Shown here: positions 18,612-28,844 of the stretch, in pieces
Layout of the letters: every line of letters starts with the position of its first letter
Position numbering within the stretch: position 1 is the stretch's first letter
DNA from: Opitutaceae bacterium
Lineage (GTDB): Bacteria > Verrucomicrobiota > Verrucomicrobiia > Opitutales > Coraliomargaritaceae
Assembly (NCBI GenBank): GCA_051252375.1
Contig: JBPOFY010000002.1
Location: 224,001 to 288,000 of the forward strand
Direction of reading: 5' to 3'
Length of the DNA: 64,000 bases
Translations under genes and position numbers: made by a program
The notes under the pieces: model-generated
Databases searched by the model: none
What the model was told of the DNA's origin: nothing
What the model saw: the letters and a program-made list of their open reading frames with translations, nothing else

Positions 18612-19052
18612 ATGAAAATCCTACAATCAATACCTCTTGTAATATTTGTGATTCTTTCGACGGCATGCTCAGAACAAGAAGAAAAATTTTCGGGCGTTTG
18701 GCGCTTTGAGTGGAACGAAACCGACCGAGCAATGAACGCTGGCTACACAGAAAAACAAAAAGAAGAAGTAGTCCGCATCACCCTTAATTTTAAGAAACAG
18801 GACACACTGTTCTACGACTACGCCGAGATGGTGAGTGGCCTAGAGGGTGAATTCGCGAGGTTATACAAAGTCGATTGGAAAGAAGACGGAAGCTTTTGGA
18901 TTCAGCAAGAGTCTGGATATCGCAAAATTGACGTGCATTTTGAAATCAAAGAATCAGGGCTACTTTATGTCACATTTCCCCTTGAACCAGGACTTGAGCT
19001 AGATGAAATCATTTGGGTCTTCACAAAGGAAGGTGTGAACCAGTCGCGGTAG
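18612..19052 (+). CDS. Cassette 7: hypothetical lipoprotein
   Basis: Lipobox LSTAC; bounded by GTTCACA/TGTGAAC; stop codon inside attC7. Confidence 0.8.
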   Translation: MKILQSIPLVIFVILSTACSEQEEKFSGVWRFEWNETDRAMNAGYTEKQKEEVVRITLNFKKQDTLFYDYAEMVSGLEGEFARLYKVDWKEDGSFWIQQESGYRKIDVHFEIKESGLLYVTFPLEPGLELDEIIWVFTKEGVNQSR

Positions 19053-19102
19053 TCAACTCCGGTTCGCTCCGCTCACCTCCGTTACTACGCTCTACGATTA
19101 TA
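19034..19102 (+). mobile_element. attC7 (R' core GAT)
   Basis: TGTGAAC cagtc gcggtagt...actacgc tctac GATTATA. Confidence 0.88.
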
Positions 19103-19105
19103 GAA

Positions 19106-19547
<442 letters not shown>

Positions 19548-19554
19548 ATGAAAT

Positions 19555-21300
19555 CTAATCCGAGATCGGTTCGAAGATGACTGCCTTCAAGTTGAAGAGT
19601 GCCTTCCCCTGCTGCTTCCCGAAGCCGACGGTCGCTTTTGCGGTGCCGACTTGATTGAGCTTGATCGTTCCGGCTTCTAATAATTGGAAATCCTCCCAAT
19701 CCTTAGTGGGTTTCACTTGAGCAGAGAGTGACTGACCACCAACCCGGAGCAGCACATCGCTGCCACCATAGCCATTCGCACAGGAATACAGATATTTGAC
19801 GGCGTAGGTGCCGGGAGCCGGCACGTTGAGCGTCCATGAGGCAGTCTCTTTCGAATCTGTCCAAAAACCGATGTAGCTGTCCGCTTGCATCCGAATCGTC
19901 GACCCATGAAGTTCCGCGTTCGTTGCTTGGAGCATGAGCTCGTCTCCCTTCAGACCGAGATCCAGCGAAGGTGCCGCGTTACTTTTTTGTAGGCCACTGT
20001 ATTTGATCCGCAGCACTGTGGCTTGTGGCGTCTGAGTTGCCTTTGACAAATCGATTTCCAAACCACTCGACTGAGCGCTGGATGCGAGAGCAGATCCTGC
20101 ATAACTTGAGACTTTGATTGAGTCAGCCTGAAGACCTTTCACGAGGAGTGCGCCATCCTTGGGCCAATTAAAGATATAGGCAAAGATCTCGCCCTGCTCT
20201 GCAGTCGACGTTTCGGATTGTGCGAGTTTGCCCCAGGTTTGTTCGGGAAGATTCACATACTCCGTGCCCCAAACAGCTTCGCTGTGCTGCCGATTCCATT
20301 CCCCCATTTGAAGAAGCAATTCGGTCGAGCCTTCGGGCCAAGAGCCGTCCGCATACGGACCGACATTGAGCAATAGATTGCCGCCTTTGGTATTAATATC
20401 GATCTGCTTCTGCACGAGCGTATCGATGTCTTTCCACTTAGTATCACTCTGCTTGTAGCCCCAAGAGTGGTTCACTGTCCAACAAGCCTCCCAGAAGTGA
20501 TCGAGCGCGGCGCCTGGCGTGGAATTCTCTGGAGTGCCGTAGTCCTTTTTAAACTCCTTACGCTTGGCGACACGGTTGTTGATAATCATGTCGGGGCTCA
20601 ATTCGCGAAGGTAGTTATAGAGATCAACACCGTCTTCCATCGTCCACCACTTCGCCCAATCGCCGTCAAACCACATGATCGCGGGATCATAATTATCGAT
20701 CAACTCTTTGAGCTGGGCTTTCATGTATGTGACGTAACCGGCTTTGTCGTTCATCGGCGGTTGGTTATGCGCCTTCTCCGTAATCTGCGATGGGTGGTGC
20801 CAATCAATAATCGAATAGTAAGTGCCAAACTTGAGTCCGTATTTATCGCAGGCGGCTTTTAGCTCGCCGAGAATGTCGCGATCAAAGTCCGTCGCCTCGC
20901 CGAGGTCATACTCGGTGTAAGCACTATCCCAGAGACAGAAACCTTCATGGTGCTTGGTCGTGATGACCATGTATTTCATACCCGCTTCTATCGCGGTCTT
21001 TACCCATAGCTCAGCGTCGAGCTTCTCGGGATTAAAATTCACCGCGAGCGGGATGTATTCTTCGGGAGTGATCTTCCCCCAACGTTGTATCCATTCAGCA
21101 TAGCCACCAACCGACTCACCATTCCATTCACCTCCGAGCGTGGAATACACGCCATAGTGGATAAAGAGACCAAACTGCGCATCATTGAACCACTGCATGC
21201 GCTCTTCGAACGCAGCGTCCGTCTCGGGTATGATCTCAGCTGCGCGGATGGGGCTAATGACCGCCAACGCGGCCGCGAGGAATGTGAGGGTCTTCTTCAT
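19555..21300 (-). CDS. GH29 alpha-L-fucosidase with C-terminal CBM-like domain
   Basis: WFNDAQFGLFIHYG, TTKHHEGFCLW, MWFDG, GGNLLLNVGP; signal peptide. Confidence 0.92.
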   Translation of the reverse strand: MKKTLTFLAAALAVISPIRAAEIIPETDAAFEERMQWFNDAQFGLFIHYGVYSTLGGEWNGESVGGYAEWIQRWGKITPEEYIPLAVNFNPEKLDAELWVKTAIEAGMKYMVITTKHHEGFCLWDSAYTEYDLGEATDFDRDILGELKAACDKYGLKFGTYYSIIDWHHPSQITEKAHNQPPMNDKAGYVTYMKAQLKELIDNYDPAIMWFDGDWAKWWTMEDGVDLYNYLRELSPDMIINNRVAKRKEFKKDYGTPENSTPGAALDHFWEACWTVNHSWGYKQSDTKWKDIDTLVQKQIDINTKGGNLLLNVGPYADGSWPEGSTELLLQMGEWNRQHSEAVWGTEYVNLPEQTWGKLAQSETSTAEQGEIFAYIFNWPKDGALLVKGLQADSIKVSSYAGSALASSAQSSGLEIDLSKATQTPQATVLRIKYSGLQKSNAAPSLDLGLKGDELMLQATNAELHGSTIRMQADSYIGFWTDSKETASWTLNVPAPGTYAVKYLYSCANGYGGSDVLLRVGGQSLSAQVKPTKDWEDFQLLEAGTIKLNQVGTAKATVGFGKQQGKALFNLKAVIFEPISD

Positions 21301-21301
21301 A

Positions 21302-22744
21302 TTATAGTTCCTTTTTGCGCTCAGCAGAAAATAGTTTCGGATCTACTTCAGTCGGCAAAGTTGCCATCCAGACGTGCAATTTTTCAGTCAGCTCCGAGAC
21401 GACTTCAGGGTGCGATTTCTTGATGTCGTTTTGCTCCAATGGGTCGCGACTGATGTCGTAGAGTTGAATCTCCTTGAAGTTTAAATCCGCAAGCAACTTC
21501 CACTTTTGATCGATGATCACATAATCATCCGAACTGGCACGACCGCTGACCACAGATTGCTTTTTCCAGAAAAGTGGCTTTTCGCGAAGCGACTTTGGCT
21601 CCCCCTTCAAAACAGAGACTTGGCTCACGCCATCCAGCTCGAGGTCTGCAGGAAGCTCCGCCCCTGCGATTTCGCAAAAGGTCGGAAGGAGATCGACAGC
21701 AGAAATCCAGGAGGTGTCTTCGACTGCACCAACAGCAACATGCCCGGGCCAGCGCACGAGGAACGGCACGCCGATGCCGCCCTGGTAGGCATTGGTCTTG
21801 CGTCCCTTACGACCAGCGGTGGTGCCGACTGCAGCGCCGAGATTGTAGCCCTCTCCGGTGGCGGTGTCATACGAGAGCTTCAGCTCTGGAAGCTTGCCGC
21901 CACTGCCTGCGGGACCGTTATCTGAACTAAAGATAACCAATGTGTTTTCAGTCAGCCCTAGGCGGTCGAGTGCGTCCAAGACTTCGCCGATACGATCATC
22001 TGCGTGGGAAAGCACCGAGGCATAAATATTGTCTGCTTCGGGCAAATCAGGGAAACGGTCGCGGTATTCTTGAACCGTATGAAATGGTGTGTGCGGCTCA
22101 TGCACCCAGAGGTTAATAAAGAAAGGCTTACCTGCTGCCTGGCTTTTCTCGATCAGCTTAATCGCGTTCTTCGCATCGTCATGCACGGGCATTTGTTCAC
22201 CAGAGCAATTGAACGCACCGACCATGTCATAGCCATAGACTTCCGGGCGTGGAGAGTCGGGAATCATGTCGTTCGCCAAGTGCCATTTACCAAAGTGCCC
22301 AGTCATATAGCCAGCACCTTGTAGGATACGTGGCAACATCGGCAGATCAGGATCGACCCAGTCAGGCATGTTGCGGCGTGCATTGTCTTTCACCCATGCA
22401 AAGTGCCCCGTCACGCCGACGCGCGCAGGAAAACGTCCGGTCATCACTGCAGTGCGACTCGGCGAGCAGACGCCACTCGCGACAGTGAAGTTTTGAAAGT
22501 CGGTGCCCTCTTTAGCCAAGCGATCGATGTTTGGTGTCTTAATATAAGGATGACCGTGACAACTTAGGTCGCCCCAACCCCAGTCGTCGGAAAAGATAAA
22601 CAGTATATTTGGTTTCGACAGGCTCACCACAGGTGGTTTCGACCCTTCGACTACGCTCAGAGCAGGCTCTTTGTGGTGCGCCGCAAAGGCACTGGCGGCG
22701 CTAGTGATCAGAAGAACAGAGAATAGCAGCTGTCTTATTTTCAT
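21302..22744 (-). CDS. S1 (formylglycine-dependent) sulfatase
   Basis: PNILFIFSDD, CSPSR, GKWHL, SDNG. Confidence 0.93.
   Translation of the reverse strand: MKIRQLLFSVLLITSAASAFAAHHKEPALSVVEGSKPPVVSLSKPNILFIFSDDWGWGDLSCHGHPYIKTPNIDRLAKEGTDFQNFTVASGVCSPSRTAVMTGRFPARVGVTGHFAWVKDNARRNMPDWVDPDLPMLPRILQGAGYMTGHFGKWHLANDMIPDSPRPEVYGYDMVGAFNCSGEQMPVHDDAKNAIKLIEKSQAAGKPFFINLWVHEPHTPFHTVQEYRDRFPDLPEADNIYASVLSHADDRIGEVLDALDRLGLTENTLVIFSSDNGPAGSGGKLPELKLSYDTATGEGYNLGAAVGTTAGRKGRKTNAYQGGIGVPFLVRWPGHVAVGAVEDTSWISAVDLLPTFCEIAGAELPADLELDGVSQVSVLKGEPKSLREKPLFWKKQSVVSGRASSDDYVIIDQKWKLLADLNFKEIQLYDISRDPLEQNDIKKSHPEVVSELTEKLHVWMATLPTEVDPKLFSAERKKEL
22611..22669. repeat. Nested short palindromic repeats inside the sulfatase CDS
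   Basis: ggtttcgacaggctc, then a second copy ggtttcgac..aggctc interrupted by ccttcgactacgctcagagc; encodes EPALSVVEGSKPPVVSLSKP. Confidence 0.7.
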
Positions 22745-22820
22745 ATTATATGGAGTTGGTTATTTGTATTTAAATGAGTGCAGTATCGATGCTTTAGAAG
22801 ATGGGTCACAGTCGAACGCC

Positions 22821-24314
22821 TTACATTTTCTTCGGCGTCCAATCAGGAATCCCCTGCTCTGCTTTTTGTTTTTTATAAAGCTTAGGAAAGGGTTGATTCG
22901 GACCGGAAACACTCGGGAGGCCTTCATTGACCATCAACGGCAGCGCGGAAGTCCACCACTGCTCGTAAGACTTGCGAAGTTGCTGAACAACTTCGGGATA
23001 CTTGTCCGCGACATCGGTCGTCTCGCCTGGATCATTCTCGATATCATAGAGCTCCTTATTATTCGTGAATCGCCACTTTTCAGTGCGGACTGCGCACTTT
23101 TGAAATTTAAAGGCGTCGCGTTTTCCTGCTGGCCAACGCCCGCAGTGAAAGAAGAGTTCACGGTCAGACCACTCAGCGTTGGGGTCTTTAATCAACGGCA
23201 ATAAGGAACGACCATCGAGATCCTGCATCTTCTTAGGAAGCTGCGCATCCGCCAACTGGACAAAGGTTTTATACATGTCGATGTGGGCAGTCAGCACGTC
23301 GATATCGACGCCGGGCTTGAGCACGCCTTTCCACTGCCAGAAAGCCGGCACGTGACTACCTCCTTCGTTGGGAGAGTTTTTGCCACCACGCATATTGGCA
23401 TTAAAGGGTCTAAACTTTTCCTTGTTGTGCCTGATCGTCGGCATGGACATGCCGTTATCCGTCATGAAAATAACGATGGTGTTTTCCAACGCGCCCCACT
23501 CTTCGAGCAGCGACATCATGTGCCCAAAGTTGTCGTCGATGTTTTCGATCATGCCGTAGCGAGCGGCAGTCTTCTTATCATAGCCAGCATCGAGGAAACG
23601 TTTTTTATACTCAGCCGGTGCGACATGCGGACCATGCGGTGCGTTGAGCGAAATATAAGCAAAGTATGGCTGCTTGCTCGCATGCTGCTCTTGAATCCAA
23701 CCTTCGGCTGCATCAAAAAAGACGTCGGTGCAAAAGCCTTTGGTCTGCACAACAGTGTCATTATGCAAAAGCACATTATCGGTATATTCGTTCCCACCAT
23801 TAGTCGGAAAATCGCCGAGACCTGTTTGCCCGATACCACCGGCACCGTGCATGAGCACTTCATCGAAACCACGACTTTGCGGCAAATACTCCGGCTCATC
23901 TCCTAGGTGCCATTTGCCAAAGAGTCCCGTCGCATAGCCCGCGCTCTTCAACATCTGCGGCATGGTATACACTTCCTGCGCCATACGCTCGCGCTGCAAG
24001 ATCGTGTGGGTAATCCCTACCTTGAACGGGAAACGACCACTCATCAGCGCGGCACGCGTCGGCGCACAGGTAGGGCTCACCTGAAAGTCGGTAAAGCGCG
24101 TGGCACCTTCGTAAAACTTATCGATATGTGGCGTGCGCACGATCTCATTGCCCATACAGGAAAGATCGCCCATGCCTTGATCGTCTGTCAGCACGAATAT
24201 GATATTGGGACGACTGCCCTCAAGCGCCCGAGGTGACAATGCCTCAACGCTATGAAAGCTTAGAGACAGCGTGAATAGACAAACGAAGAATCGGGTAATT
24301 GTAGGAGCACTCAT
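22821..24314 (-). CDS. S1 arylsulfatase
   Basis: PNIIFVLTDDQG, CAPTR, GKWHLG, TDNG. Confidence 0.93.
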   Translation of the reverse strand: MSAPTITRFFVCLFTLSLSFHSVEALSPRALEGSRPNIIFVLTDDQGMGDLSCMGNEIVRTPHIDKFYEGATRFTDFQVSPTCAPTRAALMSGRFPFKVGITHTILQRERMAQEVYTMPQMLKSAGYATGLFGKWHLGDEPEYLPQSRGFDEVLMHGAGGIGQTGLGDFPTNGGNEYTDNVLLHNDTVVQTKGFCTDVFFDAAEGWIQEQHASKQPYFAYISLNAPHGPHVAPAEYKKRFLDAGYDKKTAARYGMIENIDDNFGHMMSLLEEWGALENTIVIFMTDNGMSMPTIRHNKEKFRPFNANMRGGKNSPNEGGSHVPAFWQWKGVLKPGVDIDVLTAHIDMYKTFVQLADAQLPKKMQDLDGRSLLPLIKDPNAEWSDRELFFHCGRWPAGKRDAFKFQKCAVRTEKWRFTNNKELYDIENDPGETTDVADKYPEVVQQLRKSYEQWWTSALPLMVNEGLPSVSGPNQPFPKLYKKQKAEQGIPDWTPKKM

Positions 24315-24438
24315 ATCAAAAAGGGATCTGCGAGCAAAAGCTCGAACTCTAGTGGTTTAATTAAATGTCTCTATATATTAACACGTGGTAGCGCGAACTG
24401 CACCACACTTTTGCGTGATGCGCCCGCGTAAATACTCG

Positions 24439-25956
24439 CTAAAACACGATCTTTACCATGTCGGGCAGACGGGTCTGCATCGCTTTAGGAACCACGATGC
24501 GTAAGGCGGAATTACGGAATTCGAAATCGATCGGCTCACCTGTTCGCAATAAGGTCACAGATGTTGGTTCGGTCACATCAGTGATAAAGATAACACCTTC
24601 CTGATCGTGTAAGGAATAGTAGGTATTTCCGCGCTTAGTGGTGTAGTTTTGCGTTTTATCCAGCATTGGAAGTGGTGCGTCTTGATCGACATCGTATGTC
24701 GCCTCTTTTGAATGCGCCATCCAACGTTCCATCTCTTGGCAGACCCCGTAAAACCAGTCCATCATACTGCCATCACCACGTGGTGGCACGTTGACGAGGA
24801 GATTGCCACCTAGCGAACGGCAACGGATCAGCTCAGTCAGCAATGTGTTCGTATCCCAGTGGTTGGTTTCGCATTCGATGCCGTAGTGCCAGTTTGGGGT
24901 ATGGCTGTTCTCAGATTTTTGGCAAGTCTCCCACCACCAGCGCGCTTCGTTTGTCACTTTGAGATTGTGGCTGGCGGCCTGGTGAGCGCCTTCGGGCGTC
25001 GCGATATTTCCACGAGCAACAAAGACGTTGGGCTGCATCACAGCTAGTTCATCTTCGCTCATCGCGACACTGCCATCCCACCAGACCACATCGATCTGAC
25101 CGTAGTTTGTCATGAGTTCGCGAACCTGTCCGATCGACTCTGCCTTCTCGGCTGCGCTCGAAGTCGCCATCAGTGAGGTCAGCTTGGTATCCGGTGCGAC
25201 CTTCTCGTGCTTGTAATTCACCTTATATTCCTTACTCGGCGGAAACATGAACTCTCGATTCTTGTAGTCGTAGTGCCAGTTCGGTCCGGAGTAATAGAAG
25301 CCGATACGCATGCCGTGTTTCCGTGATGCTTCGACGTAGTCTTTCACTAAGTCACGTCCGCCCATATAGTCGCCAGTGTCCCATGTGCCATATTCACTCG
25401 GCCACAGCGCGTAACCATCGTGGTGGCGGGTCGTGAGCACTGAGTAACCGAAGCCAGCCTTGCTTGCCGCAGCGAACCATTTATCGGGATCGTAGTTTTC
25501 CGGGTTCCAGGTTTCTGCTACTGCAAACATCTCCTCAGGGAGTTGCATAAAGCGCTTCGCTTTCTCCTTCTTGTCCGACCATACCATTGCCCACGCATCA
25601 CCGGTTTGCGGATTCTCGCTGGTCAGCCCCCAGTGTAGGAAAAGCCCTAGGCCTGACTTGCGAAACCAGTCCCATTCTGGGTGATTCTCGGCCATTATAA
25701 CCCGTCTAGCAGTGAGCTTATGGTGCAGGTTCTCCTTCGCCCAAGCGCGCAGCTCTTCGGGACTGCGACCAGTCCAATTATCTTTGCCCTCGCCCGCATG
25801 CTGTGTGGCACGAGCCAGTTCAAATGGGTCCTCGCCGAGCTCCTCTTTGGCAATTAGTCCAAAGGGCAATAGAATCGATAAGGATAAGAATAGATACGGT
25901 TTAAACATTATATCGAGTGCAGGGTTTTTAGCCATAAAAATGTTAGTATTAAACAT
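24439..25956 (-). CDS. GH29 alpha-L-fucosidase (start may be later, at MFKPY)
   Basis: WFRKSGLGLFLHWG, TTRHHDGYALW, VWWDG, GGNLLVNVPP. Confidence 0.88.
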   Translation of the reverse strand: MFNTNIFMAKNPALDIMFKPYLFLSLSILLPFGLIAKEELGEDPFELARATQHAGEGKDNWTGRSPEELRAWAKENLHHKLTARRVIMAENHPEWDWFRKSGLGLFLHWGLTSENPQTGDAWAMVWSDKKEKAKRFMQLPEEMFAVAETWNPENYDPDKWFAAASKAGFGYSVLTTRHHDGYALWPSEYGTWDTGDYMGGRDLVKDYVEASRKHGMRIGFYYSGPNWHYDYKNREFMFPPSKEYKVNYKHEKVAPDTKLTSLMATSSAAEKAESIGQVRELMTNYGQIDVVWWDGSVAMSEDELAVMQPNVFVARGNIATPEGAHQAASHNLKVTNEARWWWETCQKSENSHTPNWHYGIECETNHWDTNTLLTELIRCRSLGGNLLVNVPPRGDGSMMDWFYGVCQEMERWMAHSKEATYDVDQDAPLPMLDKTQNYTTKRGNTYYSLHDQEGVIFITDVTEPTSVTLLRTGEPIDFEFRNSALRIVVPKAMQTRLPDMVKIVF

Positions 25957-26019
25957 AGTTGGTCAATTCTCGATAATCTTTTCAAGGCAAATAAGCAGAA
26001 GGCGATTTGCCCTCCCCCC

Positions 26020-27516
26020 TTAGTGCATGTTTGGATTTTGTTTGCCGCGCTTAAAGTCTTTCTCATCGAGCGGGATGCTACGGTCAAAGAGCGCGGGGTA
26101 AGTTTGGTAGCGACTACCCGGAATGGCCTCAGTCTTCCACTGGCTCAGTTCAGAGTCATACTTCTTACGCATGACGTTCAACAAGGAGGCTGCCTCCGGA
26201 TTGGTAGCGAGGTTGGTCATCTCCAAAGGATCTTTACCGATGTGAAAGAGTTCCTCGGTCGGCTCCATCTCGTCATTTCCATACCACCAGTAGGTGTATT
26301 TCACATCCTTAGTCACCACGGTCAGGCTCTTTGTGGCATCTGGGCCAAAGACATTGATGAAAGCCAGTTGCTCACGAAGATCCTGAGAGGAATCTTTCAA
26401 CAAAGGAACCAGACTCACGCCGTCCACATTTTCTGGGATCGGCAAGCCGGCCAGTTCTAAAATAGTGGGCGCGAAATCGATATTGCCAGTCAACACAGGG
26501 CTACGCTCTTTCTTGCCTGCACTTGGGCTACGTGGGTCGTAAATCATCAACGGAGCACGCGCCGATTCTTCAAGCGGCAGCACTTTCGAGCCGTAACCAT
26601 GTGCACCGCAAAGGAAGCCATTATCGCTAGTGTAGATGACCACGGTATTCTCCGCGACACCTTGCGCTTCGAGCTCGTCTCGGATCATCCCCAAAGCAAC
26701 GTCGACCGCATAAATTTGCTGATAGTAAGTGGCCATGACCTTATCGTATTTATTATCATAGCCCCATTCCTCGAACCTAGGATACTGACGTCCTTGCTTA
26801 CTTTGCTCGGAGAGGTGCTCGCCACTTTCACGGCCGTAGTTTGCCGGTTTGGTGAATTTCTTGCCGGCATAGATATGATCAAACTGTGGGTCTGGAGTCG
26901 TCGGGCGGTGCGGTGCTTTGAAGCTGATGGAAAGGCAGAATGGTTTGTCTTGCTTGACTGCTTCGCGAATGAAGTCCTGCCCGAACGCACCATAAGAAAG
27001 CGTCGCATGCGGGTAGTCTTTGACATACTTAGCCATGGATTTATTCTTCGCAGTTGCATAGTCAGTCTGACCAGGTCCACCACCCCATGAGTCGAAATAT
27101 TCACTGCCGTCAAAACCCTTGCCCTCGATCTCGATACCGAACTTTCCGGCAAATGCAGTCAAGTAACCCGACTCCCGCAATAGCACGGGATACGTCTTCG
27201 ACCAGATTTCGGGAGACATATTACCATGCCCAAAATTCGTGCCGGTTTTGTATTCATACATCCCGGTAAAGACGTTGCCCCGGCTGGCCATACAAATCGC
27301 GGTCGTGTTATAGTGACGGTCAAATACGATGCCCTCTTCTCCAAGCTTATCCATATTTGGCGTCAGCACCTCAGGGTTGCCGTAAATACCAACCGAACCG
27401 AAGTTCTGGTCGTCTGCCATAAGGTAAACAATGTTCGGACGTGAATCGGCATAAGCCTGCTGTATCAGCGAGACGATAAAGACGGAGATAAAGAGTTTGA
27501 GGAATGCTGGTTTCAT
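26020..27516 (-). CDS. S1 sulfatase
   Basis: [24 protein letters not shown]. Confidence 0.93.
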   Translation of the reverse strand: MKPAFLKLFISVFIVSLIQQAYADSRPNIVYLMADDQNFGSVGIYGNPEVLTPNMDKLGEEGIVFDRHYNTTAICMASRGNVFTGMYEYKTGTNFGHGNMSPEIWSKTYPVLLRESGYLTAFAGKFGIEIEGKGFDGSEYFDSWGGGPGQTDYATAKNKSMAKYVKDYPHATLSYGAFGQDFIREAVKQDKPFCLSISFKAPHRPTTPDPQFDHIYAGKKFTKPANYGRESGEHLSEQSKQGRQYPRFEEWGYDNKYDKVMATYYQQIYAVDVALGMIRDELEAQGVAENTVVIYTSDNGFLCGAHGYGSKVLPLEESARAPLMIYDPRSPSAGKKERSPVLTGNIDFAPTILELAGLPIPENVDGVSLVPLLKDSSQDLREQLAFINVFGPDATKSLTVVTKDVKYTYWWYGNDEMEPTEELFHIGKDPLEMTNLATNPEAASLLNVMRKKYDSELSQWKTEAIPGSRYQTYPALFDRSIPLDEKDFKRGKQNPNMH

Positions 27517-27568
27517 GTATGTTCAGTCAGGGATTAATGAATAGGCTTACGACACGATGGGTGATTAA

Positions 27569-28807
27569 CTAATCGAGTTCAACTAATACGGAGGAAATGG
27601 TATGCCCGCGCGAGTCTTTAAGGTTCACATAATAGATCTTCGCGCTGTCAGGGAGTTTCGCGTGAACGGTCTTCGTGGCAGCATCCACTTCGGCGGCGAT
27701 TGCCTGCCACGGACCGGGTCTGGAGTGTTTCGAATTTGGATCGAGCTGACGATAAGTGAGGGCTTCGTTGATATAATAGACCGTGGCTTCGACGACAGGG
27801 AAATCGGACGCATAGCTCAGCTCGACTTTCCTACCTGCTGGCTGCTTCGTAATGCGACCAAGCGCGACGGCCTCTCCCTTTAAAATAGCATCGGCAAAAG
27901 CGTAGATCTCCGGAACATCCTTTGGTCTCCATCCTGGTGGGTGGCCGTGGCTCATTCCGTGATGGATGGTCATGTAGGCGTGGTCAGCGGTCACTTCAAA
28001 ACTGCGCGAAGTGATATTAATTGAAAAGTGGCCGTCCGTGTCGCCATTGACCCAGAGCGTGGGCATGGAACCATCCGAAAAATGGCGAGCAGGATCCCAG
28101 AATTTCCGTTGCTCTAAATCCTCCTTATTACGCGCGCTCATATCTTTAAAGTGTCCTTTAGATTCGTAGAGAAAGCCCGCGCCATATACTGGCATCGCGC
28201 ATTTGAAACGATGGTCCACTCCAGAGACGAGGCTACTCAGGACCCCACCCCAAGATATCCCAGTGACTCCGACACGCTCCGCATCGACTTCCGGCAACGC
28301 ACGCATGAGCGAATGCGCGATCATGATGTCAGAGACAGCGTGATACATCCATTGCCCTTCGAGCGGCTTGCCAATATCGGCGAACATCGCCGCTCGCTGT
28401 GGCCCACTAAACTCGTGGCGCAGCTTGCCCTCGCCCTTCGCATCTGGCATGTGCCCTTCCAAGCTCATCGAGATCGCGGCATAGCCACGGTCGTTCCAGA
28501 TTTTGACCCACTCATGAAAAGCCTTACCGCCGCCACCGTGCACCAGAACCATCGCCGGCACCGGTTGATCACTCTTGGGGATGCCGAGATAGGCAAAAGC
28601 ACGTGTCGGCTTGCCCTCGTAGTCGAGCGTATCAAAAAAGATCGCTTGGATCTCGCCAATATCCTTCTCCGGCACACGATGCACCGCAGGTGCTTCATAC
28701 ACCGCTGGGTCTAACTGATCCTCTAGAGGCGTTTTAAAATCTAAAGCAGCGGAGAGTGCCACTGGGAGAATGGAGAGAACGCTGAGACTGATTCTGAGTG
28801 TATGCAT
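27569..28807 (-). CDS. Alpha/beta-hydrolase, probable carbohydrate esterase
   Basis: LVHGGGG, GISWGG nucleophile elbow, signal peptide. Confidence 0.8.
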   Translation of the reverse strand: MHTLRISLSVLSILPVALSAALDFKTPLEDQLDPAVYEAPAVHRVPEKDIGEIQAIFFDTLDYEGKPTRAFAYLGIPKSDQPVPAMVLVHGGGGKAFHEWVKIWNDRGYAAISMSLEGHMPDAKGEGKLRHEFSGPQRAAMFADIGKPLEGQWMYHAVSDIMIAHSLMRALPEVDAERVGVTGISWGGVLSSLVSGVDHRFKCAMPVYGAGFLYESKGHFKDMSARNKEDLEQRKFWDPARHFSDGSMPTLWVNGDTDGHFSINITSRSFEVTADHAYMTIHHGMSHGHPPGWRPKDVPEIYAFADAILKGEAVALGRITKQPAGRKVELSYASDFPVVEATVYYINEALTYRQLDPNSKHSRPGPWQAIAAEVDAATKTVHAKLPDSAKIYYVNLKDSRGHTISSVLVELD

Positions 28808-28844
28808 TCGAGGTGAGGTCTAAGAGTTTACAGTGAATAATTTG

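Noticed and set aside
19013..19105. ORF-track start at 19013 for cassette 8
   Set aside because: It would read through attC7; ATG 19106 follows the core site
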